Shown here: in pieces, positions 9,995-22,056 of the stretch | Numbering within the stretch: position 1 is the stretch's first letter | Layout of the letters: every line of letters begins with the position of its first letter | Assembly: GCA_963801815.1 (NCBI GenBank) | Contig: CAWDGJ010000001.1 | Location: 32,001-96,000, forward strand | Reading direction: 5' to 3' | DNA length: 64,000 bases | Source of the DNA: an uncultured Verrucomicrobiae bacterium | Lineage (GTDB): Bacteria; Verrucomicrobiota; Verrucomicrobiia; Chthoniobacterales; UBA10450 | Translations under genes and position numbers: made by a program | Notes under the pieces: model-generated | What the model was told of the DNA's origin: nothing | The model's input: only the letters and a program-made list of their open reading frames with translations | The model's database searches: none

Positions 9995-11368
9995 TTAGTC
10001 AACAAATTTTCCCGGATTTAAAATGCCGTTTGGATCGAGGATCGTCTTCAATTTGCGGTGCATTTCGCGAACCGGTCCACTGGTTGCCTCCGGCCACCAG
10101 CGTTTCTTAGCCAGGCCAATTCCGTGTTCACCGGTGATCACGCCGCCCCACGCCAGGACCCGTTCAAAGAGATCGTCGAGCGCGTGTTCGACTTTTTCGC
10201 GAACCGCGGCATCGCGATTGTAACGGTCGGCCATGATGTTCACGTGAATATTGCCGTCGCCCGCGTGACCAAAACACGCGATCGGGAATCCTGATCTCGC
10301 ACTCAGCTTTTCCGCGAACTCGACGAGGTCGACGATGTGGCTGCGCGGAACGACCACGTCCTCGTTGAGTTTGGTCAGGCCGGTCGCGCGCAGCGAATTA
10401 CTGAACTGCCGGCGGAGAGCCCAAAGTTTTTCGCAATCTTCTTCGCCCGTCGCCATCTCAAGGGCGTTTGGTTTTCTGGCTCGAATCAACTTTCGGATCG
10501 CAGCCGCCTCGGTGCGTACGCTTTCCGGCTGGCCGTCAAGATCTACCAGCAAATGCGCGTTGCCGGCGGGAACAATCGCATGGCCCAAATCTTTTCGGGC
10601 CGCCTCGAGCGTGAAGCTGTCGGCGATCTCGAGCGCCGCCGGCAAGAATCCGTTGGCGAAAATTTCCTGCACCGATGCCGCGGCTTCAGACATTTTCGCG
10701 AACGCCGCCGACAGGGTGGCCCGCGCGGGCGGTAGCGGAAGCAATCGGAGCGTGATTTCAGTGACGACACCGAGCATTCCTTCCGATCCCACAAAAAGGC
10801 CGATCAAATCAAAGCCGGTTTTGTTCTTGTGAACGCGGCCACCGGTTCGCAAAACATCACCGTTCGCGAGAACAACCTCGAGACCGATCACGTAATTGCG
10901 CGTCACGCCGTACTTCAAACAGCGGGGCCCACCTGCGTTGGTAGCCACGTTTCCGCCGATACTGCAGTCCTTCATACTCGCCGGATCGGGCGGGTAAAAT
11001 AGTTTTTGGGCGCGCGCCGCCGTTTTCAATTCGGCAGTAATGACGCCCGGTTCAACGATCGCGACGGCGTCCGCGAAATTGATTTCCTTGATTCGGTTCA
11101 TTCGCATCAGCGACAGGGCAATTCCTTTTTTCGCCGGCACGCAGCTACCGACGTAACCGAATCCTGCGCCACGCGCCGTCACGGGAACTTTACGTTCAGA
11201 AGCAAACATCAGAAGCTTCGATACGTCCGATGTCGATCTTGCGAAGACAACGATTTCCGGCGTTTCGGCCGCGAACCACTTGTCACCGCTGTGGGCGGCC
11301 AATGTTTCGGGATCATCGGCGATGGCGGCGCTGCCGAGCAACTGCCCGAGTTCGTCCGCCAATGACAT
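9995..11368 (-). CDS. FAD-linked oxidase (GlcD / D-2-hydroxyacid dehydrogenase family)
   Basis: YPPDPAS, GGNVATNAGG, GSEGMLGVVTE, FGHAGDGNIH, TGEHGIG, LNPGK. Confidence 0.93.
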   Translation of the reverse strand: MSLADELGQLLGSAAIADDPETLAAHSGDKWFAAETPEIVVFARSTSDVSKLLMFASERKVPVTARGAGFGYVGSCVPAKKGIALSLMRMNRIKEINFADAVAIVEPGVITAELKTAARAQKLFYPPDPASMKDCSIGGNVATNAGGPRCLKYGVTRNYVIGLEVVLANGDVLRTGGRVHKNKTGFDLIGLFVGSEGMLGVVTEITLRLLPLPPARATLSAAFAKMSEAAASVQEIFANGFLPAALEIADSFTLEAARKDLGHAIVPAGNAHLLVDLDGQPESVRTEAAAIRKLIRARKPNALEMATGEEDCEKLWALRRQFSNSLRATGLTKLNEDVVVPRSHIVDLVEFAEKLSARSGFPIACFGHAGDGNIHVNIMADRYNRDAAVREKVEHALDDLFERVLAWGGVITGEHGIGLAKKRWWPEATSGPVREMHRKLKTILDPNGILNPGKFVD

Positions 11369-11683
11369 CTAATTAATCGGGATGATTCGGTAGTGACGCG
11401 ACTTTTCGCTGTGCCGCTTGAGGAACTTTTTGCATTCGGGCGGGATCACCGGTTGCTCATGATTCTTGCCTGCGAAAATTTTGACGGCGTCAAGGCTCTC
11501 GAACCGGAGCAGAGTAATAAATTCCATTTCGTCGTTTTCAGCCTCGCGAATAAAAAGCTCCGCGCCCTTGTAGCCGGGGATAGAACGTTTCGCAATTTCG
11601 AGCAAAACCTCTTCACGCAAGAGTTTTTCGTATTTCTCTGCGTTCTCGCGTGAAGTCCAGCCATGCCAAATTCGCGCAATCAT
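11369..11683 (-). CDS. Antibiotic biosynthesis monooxygenase (ABM)-like protein
   Basis: MIARIWHGW...FESLDAVKIFAG family pattern. Confidence 0.75.
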   Translation of the reverse strand: MIARIWHGWTSRENAEKYEKLLREEVLLEIAKRSIPGYKGAELFIREAENDEMEFITLLRFESLDAVKIFAGKNHEQPVIPPECKKFLKRHSEKSRHYRIIPIN

Positions 11684-11720
11684 GTTTCCGGGGTTCTCTC
11701 GTTTGGCCGATCGACCATGG

Positions 11721-12497
11721 CTACATTCCCATAATTTGGTAGCCACCGTCGACGTAAATTACCTGGCCGGTGATCGCTGCCGCACCGTCGCTCGCCAGGA
11801 AAACGCCGGTCTCGCCCAGTTCGGCTGGATCGCAACTTCGCTTTAGCGGCGCGCGTTCCTGATAATGTTTCAACATCTGCGAGAACCCGCTAATGCCGCG
11901 CGCGGCAAGGGTTTGTACCGGTCCGGCCGAGATGCAGTTCACGCGGATTTTCTTGGGACCCAAATCGTACGCGAGGTAGCGCGTGGACGCTTCAAGGCTG
12001 GCCTTGGCTACGCCCATCACATTGTAATGCGGCACGACTTTTTCCGAGCCGTAGTAGGTCATCGCCAGAATGCTCCCGCCGTTTGTCATCATCGGCGAGG
12101 CTTCGCGCGCGAGCGCGACCAGCGAATAGGCGCTGATATCGTGAGCCATGCGAAAGGCATCGCGCGTTGTGCTCACGAAGTCGCCTTCGAGCGCTTCCTT
12201 CGGCGCGAATGCTACGGAATGCAGCAAAAGATCGACCCGATCGGTTTCGCCGCGCACTTTTTCGAAAAACGTCTTGATCTCGGCGTCGCTGGAAACGTCG
12301 CATGGAAAAAGCGGCGTTTTTTCGCCGAACGTGGCCGCAAGTTCTTCGACGTTCTCTTTGAGGCGCTCGCCCTGATAATTGAAGATCAAGCGCGCGCCGG
12401 CGTTTGCCCACGCCTGGGCGATTGCCCACGCGATGCTCCGCTTGTTCGCGACACCGAAAACAATACCAACCTTTCCCTCTAACACGGCCTGCGTCAT
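11721..12497 (-). CDS. fabI: Enoyl-ACP reductase
   Basis: GVANKRSIAW, YNVMGVAKASLE, ISAGPVQTLAA. Confidence 0.96.
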   Translation of the reverse strand: MTQAVLEGKVGIVFGVANKRSIAWAIAQAWANAGARLIFNYQGERLKENVEELAATFGEKTPLFPCDVSSDAEIKTFFEKVRGETDRVDLLLHSVAFAPKEALEGDFVSTTRDAFRMAHDISAYSLVALAREASPMMTNGGSILAMTYYGSEKVVPHYNVMGVAKASLEASTRYLAYDLGPKKIRVNCISAGPVQTLAARGISGFSQMLKHYQERAPLKRSCDPAELGETGVFLASDGAAAITGQVIYVDGGYQIMGM

Positions 12498-12626
12498 AGA
12501 TTTGAAAACGATATACCCGCATTTGTACTGCTGCAAAGGTCGTCAATTGCGGGGTGTTGCCCGGCCTTTTGGCCGCTAGCGCTCTTGCCCTTGGCGCGCA
12601 AACCGTCATGATTTCTTCTCAAATCT

Positions 12627-15459
12627 ATGAGCATCCGAATCGCTTTTTTCTTAGCGCTCTTAATTATATACTCTTTCCTTCGCACAGGAAGAATCCCCGC
12701 CAGGGCGTGGTGGTTCGCCGGCCGCTGCTTCGCCCGTGAGCACAACGCCGCCGTTGTCGGCTTCTGTGACGCCGGCGCCGGCTTCCGGAGCAGGGCAATT
12801 AACCGACGTGCTTTTCAAAAATCTCAAAGCGCGCGCGATTGGCCCAGCCGTTATGAGCGGACGTGTCTCCGACATCGCGATCGATCCCCGGAACCCATTC
12901 GTCTTTTACGTAGCCCTGGGACACGGTGGAATTTTTAAATCAGGGGACGCCGGCGTTACCTTTGATCCAATTTTCGACAAACAACCGGACCTGTCGATTG
13001 GTGCGATTGCAATTGCTCCATCGGATTCGGACGCAATCTGGGTCGGCACCGGTGAAGCGAACGACCGGAACTCATCCGATTGGGGCAATGGCGTTTATCG
13101 AACCACTGATGGCGGCGAGCATTGGACGAATGTTGGATTGAAAGACAGCCGCACCATTGCGCGTATCGTGGTCGATCCAAAAAATCCGGACGTCGCGTAT
13201 GTCGCGGCAATGGGACATTTATGGGCGGACGGCGGGGAGCGTGGTCTCTATAAAACAACTGACGGCGGAAAAACCTGGAAACTAGTGTTACAGGCGGCCG
13301 CGCCCAACCACGTGCGCACCGGTTGTGGCGACGTGGTCCTCGATCCCAACAATTCGCAAACAGTTTACGCTGCACTTTACGCGCGCCAGCGCACGCCATG
13401 GAGTTTCACTTCCGGGCCGGCGGCGACGAACGGCGAAGATGTCGGTGGCATTTTCAAGAGCACGAACGGCGGAGCGAGCTGGAAAAAATTGAGCGGCGGC
13501 CTTCCAGTCCAAACGGGACGGATCGGTCTCGCCGTCGCCGCGAACAAACCGAATATTGTGATGGCGGTGGTGCAAAGTTATGCCGGCGGTGCCGGTCAAC
13601 TGGCCGATCTTCGAAGCAAGAACGGCGGCGTGTTTCGCTCAGAAGATGGCGGCGAGCATTGGGCTCGGATGAGCGCGGTTGATCCGCGTCCGTTTTATTT
13701 CAGCCAGATCCGGATCGATCCAGTGAACGATCAACGGGTTTACCTGCTCGAGTTTGCTCTGCTCGTCTCGGATGACGGCGGCAAAAACTTCCGGGAGGAT
13801 CTGACTGAAAAAGTGCATCCCGATTGCCACGCCCTTGCGATTCAACCCAATAGCGCCCCGCCACCAAAGCCGCCGAAACCGGAAGACAAAAACAAACCAC
13901 CCAAGCCGCCGGTTTGTCTTCGTTTACTGCTCGGAACTGACGGTGGTCTTTATCAGAGCTTTGCCGGCGGGAAAAATTGGGACCATCTCAATAAGTTTCC
14001 GGCGGGCGAATTTTACCGGATTTCGCTCGATGATTCGAAACCGTACTTTCGGATCGCCGGCGGTTTGCAGGACAACGAGAACTGGGTTGGCCCGAGCGCC
14101 GTGCAAAGCAAAGAGCAGATTCGCAATTCCGATTGGACTGCGCTGGCCGGGGGCGACGGATTTTATGTTCAATTTGATCCCAAAGATCGCGACACATTTT
14201 ATGCCGAGAGTCAGCAAGGAGAAGTTCATCGAATCAACTTGCGCAACGGCGAACTGCGGCGTTTGCGCCCAGAACCAACCGAAGGTCAGCCGCGTTACCG
14301 GTTTCATTGGAATTCGCCGATGATCATGAGCCGGCATTCGCCAGGCGTGATTTATCTTGGCGGTAACCGCATTTTCAAGCTCACCGATCAAATGGAAAAA
14401 TATTCGGTCATCAGTCCTGATCTCAGTCACAACGATCCGGCAAAAACGACTGCCAGCGGCAGTGGGGCGGAAAATTACGGCGTGGTTTTTTCATTGGCTG
14501 AGTCGCCAAAGCGCGCGGGAATGTTGTGGGCCGGAACCGATGATGGGCGGCTTTGGGTTACCGAGAACGAAGGAGGCAAATGGACCGAGTTGACGAACAA
14601 TTTGCCCGAACCGGCGCGCGGCCAATGGGTCGTCTGTATCGATCCCTCGAGTGCGGATCCCAATGTTGCTTACGTCGCGCTGAACGCGTATCGCAGCGGT
14701 GACGATCGACCGATGATCGTGCGCACAGCCGATCTCGGTAGAACCTGGCAATCGGTGACGGGTGATCTACCGGCGAACGATCCGGTGGAAGTTGTTCGTC
14801 AGGATTTGGTGAATCCGAAATTGCTTTATGCCGGAACCCACTTCGGATTGTTCGCAGCGTTCGATCAAGGCGCGCATTGGGTTCGGATCGGAGACGTTCC
14901 ACCGGTGCGCGTGGATGACATTCAAATTCATCCCCGCACCTCCGATCTGGTGATTGCAACACACGGTCGAAGCATTGCGATTCTGGACGACAGCGTGCCA
15001 TTTCGAGAATTCACTCCTGAGATCGAAGCCAAACCAGCGCACCTGTTTAGTGTTCGCTCCGTGACCGGCGCGTATTTGCAGCCAGGATTTGTCGATTCAA
15101 ACGGAAAAGGCATTTATCGCGGCCAAAATCCGCCTGAAGGCGCGCTCTTTACGGTTTGGGTCAAGGAATTCACGGGGGACGAAATCAAAATCGCGATCAC
15201 GAAATCGAACGGACAACCAGTGGCAAATCTCAAAGCGCCCGGTACGCCCGGGTTCACGCGATTGAATTGGGACCTCCGTCCGAGCAAGGACGTCATCACC
15301 GAATACGGAGGCGACGATCCGAAACGGCTTTTGCCGGCGGGGGATTACAACGCGGATCTGACTTTCGGAACCACGAAAGTGAAACAGAGTTTTCATGTCG
15401 ATATGGCCGAAGGCATAACTCCGCGCGACCAGGGTCTGGAGGAAATCGATAACGATTAG
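12627..15459 (+). CDS. Secreted BNR/VPS10-repeat (sortilin-like) glycosyl hydrolase-like protein; signal peptide in another frame (frameshift near 12690)
   Basis: ARAIGPAVMSGRVSDI and repeated S/T-x-D-G-G-x-x-W Asp-boxes; MSIRIAFFLALLII signal at 12627. Confidence 0.85.
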
Positions 15460-15561
15460 TTAAGGGACTGCTCAGCACGCCGCGGTAGACGAACTTTCGC
15501 AGCGACTCGAAACTTGACCGTTTAAAACAGTCAAGTTTCGAAAAGCGAATTTCACATTCGC

Positions 15562-16235
15562 TCAACACGCGATCGCGTGACGGCGGCAAACGCCGGAGAG
15601 CATTTCCCACAGCGCATCAAGCACGCGATTGACTGACGCTCGCACGGTGTCGGCAGTTCCTATTGTCGATCGACGCGCTCAGCATTTCGCGCTCGGCGGC
15701 GGAATGCTCCTTGTCGGCTTCGATGTGAACCGAGAAGTATTCGTAATCTTTCGGATCTTTGAAGCCGTAATAATTCTTCAAGCCGTCGATCTTAGATTCG
15801 CAAATCGCGGGAATTTGCGATTCGTAAGCGTAAAGCGCAGCCAACCCTTCGGCCGTCGATTTTTCGCCGCAAACCGAGCGAAACGTGTCGATCAAATTTT
15901 TCGTCTCGGATTGCTTCTCCGTTTTCTCAAGGTCGACATCGTCCACGCCGAGCGCATTCGCGAATTGCTTCCAAAGCTCCGGATGATTCGGTGAACCGGC
16001 TTCTTCATCGATCAAGTTGGAAAGAATTTGTTTGCGGGTCGGTTGATCGTCGCACTTCGCGTGCACGGCCGAGAGATAAGTCGGAAACGCTGCGACGTGA
16101 TGGTAGTACTGCTTCGCGTAATCCGTCAGCGCCTCTTTGCTCAGTTCCCCGCGCGCCCAGGCGAGATAAAACGGGTGCTTCAAGAGATGCTTTTCCGCGA
16201 TGTCACTGTCGATCTTATCGAGATAGTTCGTTCAT
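15562..16235 (-). CDS. CADD/CT610-family heme-oxygenase-like dimetal oxidase (putative self-sacrificing pABA synthase); 2 frameshifts
   Basis: HPFYLAWARG, LIDEEAGSPNHPELW, YAYESQIPAICESKIDGL, YFSVHIEADKEH; corrected C-terminus VLDALWEMLSGVCRRHAIAC*. Confidence 0.85.
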
Positions 16236-16243
16236 AGGATTTG

Positions 16244-16312
16244 AGCCACAGATTGACACAGATTTTCACAGATTAAAGAAACAGAATTCTTAATCCGTGT
16301 TGATCTGTGGCT
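16244..16312. repeat. Inverted 9-mer-period repeat element (CACAGAT / ATCTGTG)
   Basis: AGCCACAGATTGACACAGATTTTCACAGAT ... ATCCGTGTTGATCTGTGGCT; 10-bp perfect terminal IR. Confidence 0.8.
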
Positions 16313-16317
16313 GGTTA

Positions 16318-19300
16318 TTAAGTCGCTTTCAGAATGTGTTTGATGCCGCGGATCGGAATGACGACCCAATCGGGGCGATTGTTCAGTTCGTAGCCGATTT
16401 CGTAGACGGCTTTGTCGAGAAGATAGGCTTCAAGAAGAATCTGGAAATCGTCGAAATTGTTCGGGACGAACGACGGCGCCGGCAGTCGCGTCTCAAATAG
16501 CTCTGGAGAAAGACGCTGCTCATCAGCCGATACCAGAGGTCGGCCCAGCGCTCGAGGAACGGAATGTCTTCGGTGCGCATGGCTGGTTGCCAAAGCGCGC
16601 TGTAGGCGGCGTATTGAAACGAGCGCATCATGCCGGCAACGTCGCGCAACGCCGAGCGTTTCAGTTTGCGCTCGCTCAACGGGCGCGCCGGTTCGCCTTC
16701 GAAATCGAGAATGACGAAATCTTTCCCGGTGTAGAGGACCTGGCCCAGATGATAATCGCCGTGGATCCGGATTTTGGCGGCGTTAGTTTTCCGATCGAGC
16801 AGGCGTTTTTCGCGCGCCAGAATTTCTCTCTCAGCGCCGAGAACTTCCTGGCTTCTCCTGAAGACGTATCCGGGAGTCTTCAACTTCTTTTTCAAGCGTC
16901 GAAATTTCGGCGCAATGAGCGCACGCATGCTTTGATAAACCGAACGCTGCGCCATGGCGTTGAATGGCTCGGGCGCGAACGCGGGATCGTCGCGGACGGA
17001 GGCGAGCGCGAGATGCAGTTCGCCGGTGCGTTGGCCGAGCAGCTTTGCTTTTTCGGGATAAATGCCGCCAACAAGTTCTTCGAGCAGCGCGGCCGGCGGG
17101 CGTCGTTTCATCCTGCAGCTCAGCTTTTCGACAGAGGACTCGTTCGTAATAACGGCCGACGTGCATCGAGTGTCATCGTCCAGGCATCGGCTTCCGCTGG
17201 CACGGCATCCTGCAACAAGCAAACGACGGTGGGCTGCGCTTTTTCGCGGCGATATTCGATCGCGCCGCTGAAAGCCGGGCACATTGTCGAACTTCGCGCG
17301 CTCGGTGAGAAAACGCGTCACTTCGACGTCCGGATTCACGCCGTCTTCGAGTTTCCGATAAAGCTTCAGGAAGAATTTGTCCTCGAAAAGCATCGACGAA
17401 TTGCTTTGCTCGGCGCCGAGAACATTCGAAGGTGGAACGCCGGTGACTTGACCGACCCGTGGACTGAGCGCGCCAACAAGCTTTCCGTTCCGACCGTTAG
17501 CAGGTTGTCCGTCGAGCATGAGCTGGAAAAGTTTTTCGCGGAATTCTTGTCCCACACCGCGTCGAACAGAATCGAGCCGTCCGATCAAACTGCGCGATGA
17601 CGGCATGCGGCGCAGATTGCGTAATGCCTTTAGCCTTTTCAGCGGACGCGATCTTGACCGGCAACGCGTAGTTTTCTGTCGGGCCGTCGAGATAACTGAC
17701 TTCGACGATCCAGAATTGCGCTGCGTTCGGCGCGGAAGAAATTGCGGAATGTTCTCGCACGCGCATTTCGCGCAACGTCCGCGCCTTGGCGCCAAACCAG
17801 CGGCAGGTCGCGATGTACTCCGGCAGAATTTCGCTTTCGATTTTTTCGCGTTGTCCATCAGCCAGCGAGCGCTTCCAATTCGGCGCAGCGTTGATCGTCG
17901 GGACAATGCGTTTTTTCGCCGCGCGCTCGCGTTTGCTCTGCGGTTGGAGGAGAAACCAGTACGATGAATGCCCGTTGAGCGTCAGGAAATAGGGCGACTT
18001 CTTGATCGGCGTGGAAATGGACTGCGGCCGATAATTTCCATGGGCACCGAGCCGGCGAATTTGGAGAGATCGAGCTCAGCGAATTGGGAAAAGCGTGAGA
18101 GATTGACGACGCCAAGCACAGTTTCGTTTTCGTAGCGGCGCAAAAACGCGAGGACCTTGGCGTTTTCGGGAAACAGAAATTCGATTGTGCCGCGCGAGAA
18201 CGCCTTGAAGTTTTTGCGCATCGCGATGACTCGGCGCGTCCACCAAAGCAGCGATGACAAGTTCTTCTGCTGATTTTCGACGTTGATCGCTTCGTAATGA
18301 TATTCGGGATCGATAATGACCGGCAGATGGAGCTGCTGCGGATTGGCCCCGGAAAAACCGGCGTTACGGTCGGGACTCCATTGCATCGGCGTGCGGCAGC
18401 CGTTGCGATCGCCGAGATAGATATTGTCGCCCATACCGATCTCGTCGCCGTAATAAATGATCGGCGTGCCGGGCATGGAAAACAGGAGCGCGTTCAGCAG
18501 CTCGATTTTGCGCCGGTTGTTTGCGAGCAACGGCGCGAGCCGGCGGCGAATTCCGAGATTAATTCGCGCGTGCGGATCGTTCGCGTAAACGCGCCACATG
18601 TAATCGCGCTCCTCGTCCGTGACCATTTCGAGCGTGAGCTCGTCGTGATTGCGCAGAAACATCGCCCATTGGCAGTTTTCCGGAATCGGCGGCGTCTGGT
18701 CGAGAATGTCGATGATCGGAAACCGGTCCTCCATTTGCAGCGCCATGAACATCCGCGGCATGAGCGGGAAATGGAAATTCATGTGCGACTCGTCGCCGTT
18801 GCCGAAATACGCGACCGCGTCCTCCGGCCATTGGTTCGCTTCGGCCAGCAACATGCGTCCGGGAAATTTTTGATCGACATGCGCGCGCAGTTTTTTCAGG
18901 TAAGCATGGGTCTCCGGCAAATTTTCGCAGTTCGTGCCTTCGCGCTCGTAGAGATAAGGCACGGCGTCGAGGCGCAATCCATCGACGCCTATCGACAGCC
19001 AGAAATCGCAAACTTTTTCAACCGCTTCGTGGACAGCGGGATTATCGAAATTCAAGATCAGGTTGGTGCGAATAAAACCGGTGCCAGTAATACGCCTTGG
19101 CGACCGGATCCCACGCCCAGTTCGATGTTTCGAAATCTTTAAAAATGATCCGCGCCTCGTTGTATTTTTCCGGCGTATCGCTCCAAACGTAGAACTCGCG
19201 CTCGGGCGAGCCGGGTGGTGCGCGGCGCGATTTTTGAAACCACGGATTTTGGTCGGACGTGTGATTGATCACCAATTCGGTGATGACGCGCAGTCCGCGT

Positions 19301-19588
19301 TCGTGCGCTTCACTGAGAAACGCGCGGAAATCCTCGAGCGTTCCGTAGTTTGGATTGACATCGAAGTAGTCGGCAATGTCGTAGCCGTCATCTTTAAGCG
19401 GCGACGGATAGAACGGGAGCAACCAGATCGCGGTGATGCCAAGCTCTCTGAAGATAATCGAGCTTCTCGATCAGCCCGCGAAAATCTCCAATGCCGTCGC
19501 CGTCGCTATCGTGAAATGTTTTGACATGCAGCTCGTAGATGATCGCGTCCTTGTACCAAAGGGGGTCGTTGGCGTCGGTCTGCGGCAT
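16318..19588 (-). CDS. treS: Trehalose synthase fused to maltokinase (TreS-Pep2/Mak); several frameshifts
   Basis: [42 protein letters not shown]-terminal [36 protein letters not shown]. Confidence 0.92.
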
Positions 19589-19671
19589 AACATTAACCTT
19601 TGCCGCACCCGGCGTGCCGCGCAATTGTCGGTTTTGACAGTTGGCGGAGATCCATAATCGCTGACTTGGTG

Positions 19672-19707
19672 AAAAAAAAGCGGCCCCGAAAACTTCGGGG
19701 CCGCTTT
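19672..19707 (-). terminator. Rho-independent terminator after the NTF2-like gene
   Basis: AAAGCGGCCCCGAA-AAC-TTCGGGGCCGCTTT hairpin with A8 on + strand (U-tract on - strand). Confidence 0.85.
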
Positions 19708-19728
19708 CAAAACAACCAAAACGTGAGA

Positions 19729-20409
19729 CTAACCCTTAATCTTACTGATGTGTGAGGCGATACATTGCCATTTTCCGCCACGCATCATCCAGGTGTCGGT
19801 AAATAGAAACGTGCGATCGAACGCTTTCCCATCTTTGGCGGTCCCGACTTCCCGGGCGCGACCCGTGACAACGGCGATGTTGTTACCGAACATCTTGATG
19901 TTCAGCCTTTCGTTCTTGGCGGACTTATAAGTGTCTTTATCGCCCTTGTATTCGGAGAGTATTTCAGACCGGCCGACAAATTTGTTTTTAGAAGACACGC
20001 CAGTGAAGTCAGCGGCGATATATCCGTCAACAGTCGTGTAGTCGTGTTTGGCAACCGAAGCTTCCCACGCGTTCTCCATGTCTTTAACGCTCATGTTCTT
20101 GCCGGCAGCTGCGGCGGTCGCAGGTTTCGCGGCGTTGGCGGCAGCAGGTTTTGCGGCTGTTGTGGTGGCCGGAGATGCTTCTTTCTTGGCTGCCTTGGCC
20201 TGAGCTGGCGTTGCCATGGGTTCTTCTTTCGACTTAGAAGCTGGTGCGGTTGCTTCCGAAGGTGTGATCTCGGGAGCCGTTTCAACATTAGCTGACGGCT
20301 TCTCTTCCGCAGCGGGCGCAGTCGATTCGGTTGGCGCTGGTGATTCCTCCTGCGCGAACGTCATGGCGGCGAGAAAAAGGGATGCAAAAAAAGGGACTAT
20401 GATTTTCAT
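19729..20409 (-). CDS. Exported NTF2-like (DUF4440) protein with Ala/Pro/Glu-rich linker
   Basis: Signal peptide; C-terminal AVVTGR...FTDTWMMRGGKWQCIASH. Confidence 0.85.
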   Translation of the reverse strand: MKIIVPFFASLFLAAMTFAQEESPAPTESTAPAAEEKPSANVETAPEITPSEATAPASKSKEEPMATPAQAKAAKKEASPATTTAAKPAAANAAKPATAAAAGKNMSVKDMENAWEASVAKHDYTTVDGYIAADFTGVSSKNKFVGRSEILSEYKGDKDTYKSAKNERLNIKMFGNNIAVVTGRAREVGTAKDGKAFDRTFLFTDTWMMRGGKWQCIASHISKIKG

Positions 20410-20566
20410 GTGAATTAAGTTGATTTGTCGCGGCGTCTTATGATGCTGCATTGAGGGCGAGATCGTATTCGGGATGTTGTGCGAGGGTCAAGATTTATCA
20501 GAGATCCAAGTGCGCCAGGCGGGAAAATCGGTAGACGCCCGTCGCCGATGGAATTAGAACTTGAAC

Positions 20567-21238
20567 ATGGCTTCGGCGTCCGATTCCAGGATGGAAGGCA
20601 CGACAGCTTCGGAGATCGACATCGTACCGGAGAAGAAATCATCGGTAGCCGCAAAGCAGCCTGACCCCGCTACGCCAACGGATGTCGAACTCATGACCGC
20701 GATCCAGGCAGGCGATACGGATGCGTTTTCGCAACTCTATGATCGTTACGGCGGAATCGTGAAAGCGCTGGTCTTGCGGATCATTCATAACGAAACCGAG
20801 GCCGACGATTTGCTCCAGGAGGTGTTCGTGGAAATCTGGAACCGTGCGAAAAATTTTTCCGCGCAAAAAGGCAAGCCATTAGGGTGGATGGTCACACTCG
20901 CCCGGCGGCGCGCGATTGACGCGTTGCGAAAAAAGCAGGCTTACGCCCGGGCGGAAGAACGGCTTAAGGCCGAACCGGAGCAGCAGCCACTTGCCTGGGT
21001 ACAAAACACTACCGCGGAGGATATTAGGGCTGGCGATACCCGCGCATTGATGGCAAAAGTGATTCGTTCATTGCCGGGAGCGCAGCAGCAGGTGATCGAT
21101 TTCGCATTTTTTCAGGGGATGAGCCAGCGCGAAATCGCGGTTCATACGAATATACCCTTGGGCACTGTAAAGACCCGCCTGGAGCTAGGCTTGAAAAAGA
21201 TCTACGAAAGTTTGAAGGAGTTAAGAGATGAGCTTTGA
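20567..21238 (+). CDS. ECF RNA polymerase sigma factor (SigK/RpoE-like)
   Basis: ADDLLQEVFVEIW, WMVTLARRRAID, SQREIA...PLGTVKTRL. Confidence 0.93.
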   Translation: MASASDSRMEGTTASEIDIVPEKKSSVAAKQPDPATPTDVELMTAIQAGDTDAFSQLYDRYGGIVKALVLRIIHNETEADDLLQEVFVEIWNRAKNFSAQKGKPLGWMVTLARRRAIDALRKKQAYARAEERLKAEPEQQPLAWVQNTTAEDIRAGDTRALMAKVIRSLPGAQQQVIDFAFFQGMSQREIAVHTNIPLGTVKTRLELGLKKIYESLKELRDEL

Positions 21239-21485
21239 GCAGTTCCAGAACAGCGCGCGGCTTTACGTCATTGGTGCTCTCGAACCCGAAGAGCTCCAGG
21301 AGTTCGAAGCTGCCCGCAAACAGTACGGCGCCGCCGCCGAAGAGTTCATCAGTCAGTGTTACAGCCTGCACGAAGCTTTTGCCCTGAGTCTCAAGCCGGC
21401 CACAGCGTCGGCCGCAATCAAGGAGCGCCTGATGTCGATGGTCAGGGAGCGTGGCCAACGCCAGTCCGGTTCGTCGCCAAAGTAA
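21228..21485 (+). CDS. Small putative anti-sigma factor (N-terminal domain only)
   Basis: Overlaps sigma stop; LYVIGALEPEELQEFE...P...IKERLM resembles the RskA-type N-terminus. Confidence 0.65.
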   Translation: MSFEQFQNSARLYVIGALEPEELQEFEAARKQYGAAAEEFISQCYSLHEAFALSLKPATASAAIKERLMSMVRERGQRQSGSSPK

Positions 21486-21558
21486 TCATCGCCCCTGGCG
21501 AATCCCCGCGGGGAGTGATTTTTCACCGCCTTTTTCAACTTCGACTAAAACTGCGCCG

Positions 21559-22056
21559 CTAGCCCGATTGCATTTCCCGCAAAATAAATTCCTGGAGAAA
21601 GCCATAGAGATTGATCTGAAAAAGCCCGAGGTCGCGGCGCGAACCAATCGGAGAGCGATCGTGGTCGTTCAGTTCCTCGTCGGAGAACTTGTATTTGGTC
21701 GCGATTACGAGCCGGGCCTGATTGAGCGCGCTCAGCCAGGCATCCGCATGTTCGAATGGAATGGCAAGCGTGCGATTGCGAAGCGATTTCTCATCTCCGT
21801 TTAGCTGCCTGAGATCGTCGGCGACCGTTTCGGTTGCGCTGCGAAAAAGCCGTCGCAATTCCGGTTCGACGTAGCTCTTCCACTCCGCGCAAATCTCTTT
21901 TTCCGCCGAAGGCCGGCTGAACAAGCGGGCTTCGGCTTCGGGCATGCCATCAAATTTGGCGCTTCCAGGGATTTGTCGGAAAAGCTCGGCCAGAAAAGGA
22001 TCGAGGTCGGAAATCTCCAACGCGTCACCTTTTCTGCAAATCTCCATATCAAACAA
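21559..22056 (-). CDS. DUF2017-family protein
   Basis: EARLF...W...VEPEL...ADAWLSALNQARL; directly downstream of clpS. Confidence 0.7.
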   Translation of the reverse strand: MFDMEICRKGDALEISDLDPFLAELFRQIPGSAKFDGMPEAEARLFSRPSAEKEICAEWKSYVEPELRRLFRSATETVADDLRQLNGDEKSLRNRTLAIPFEHADAWLSALNQARLVIATKYKFSDEELNDHDRSPIGSRRDLGLFQINLYGFLQEFILREMQSG

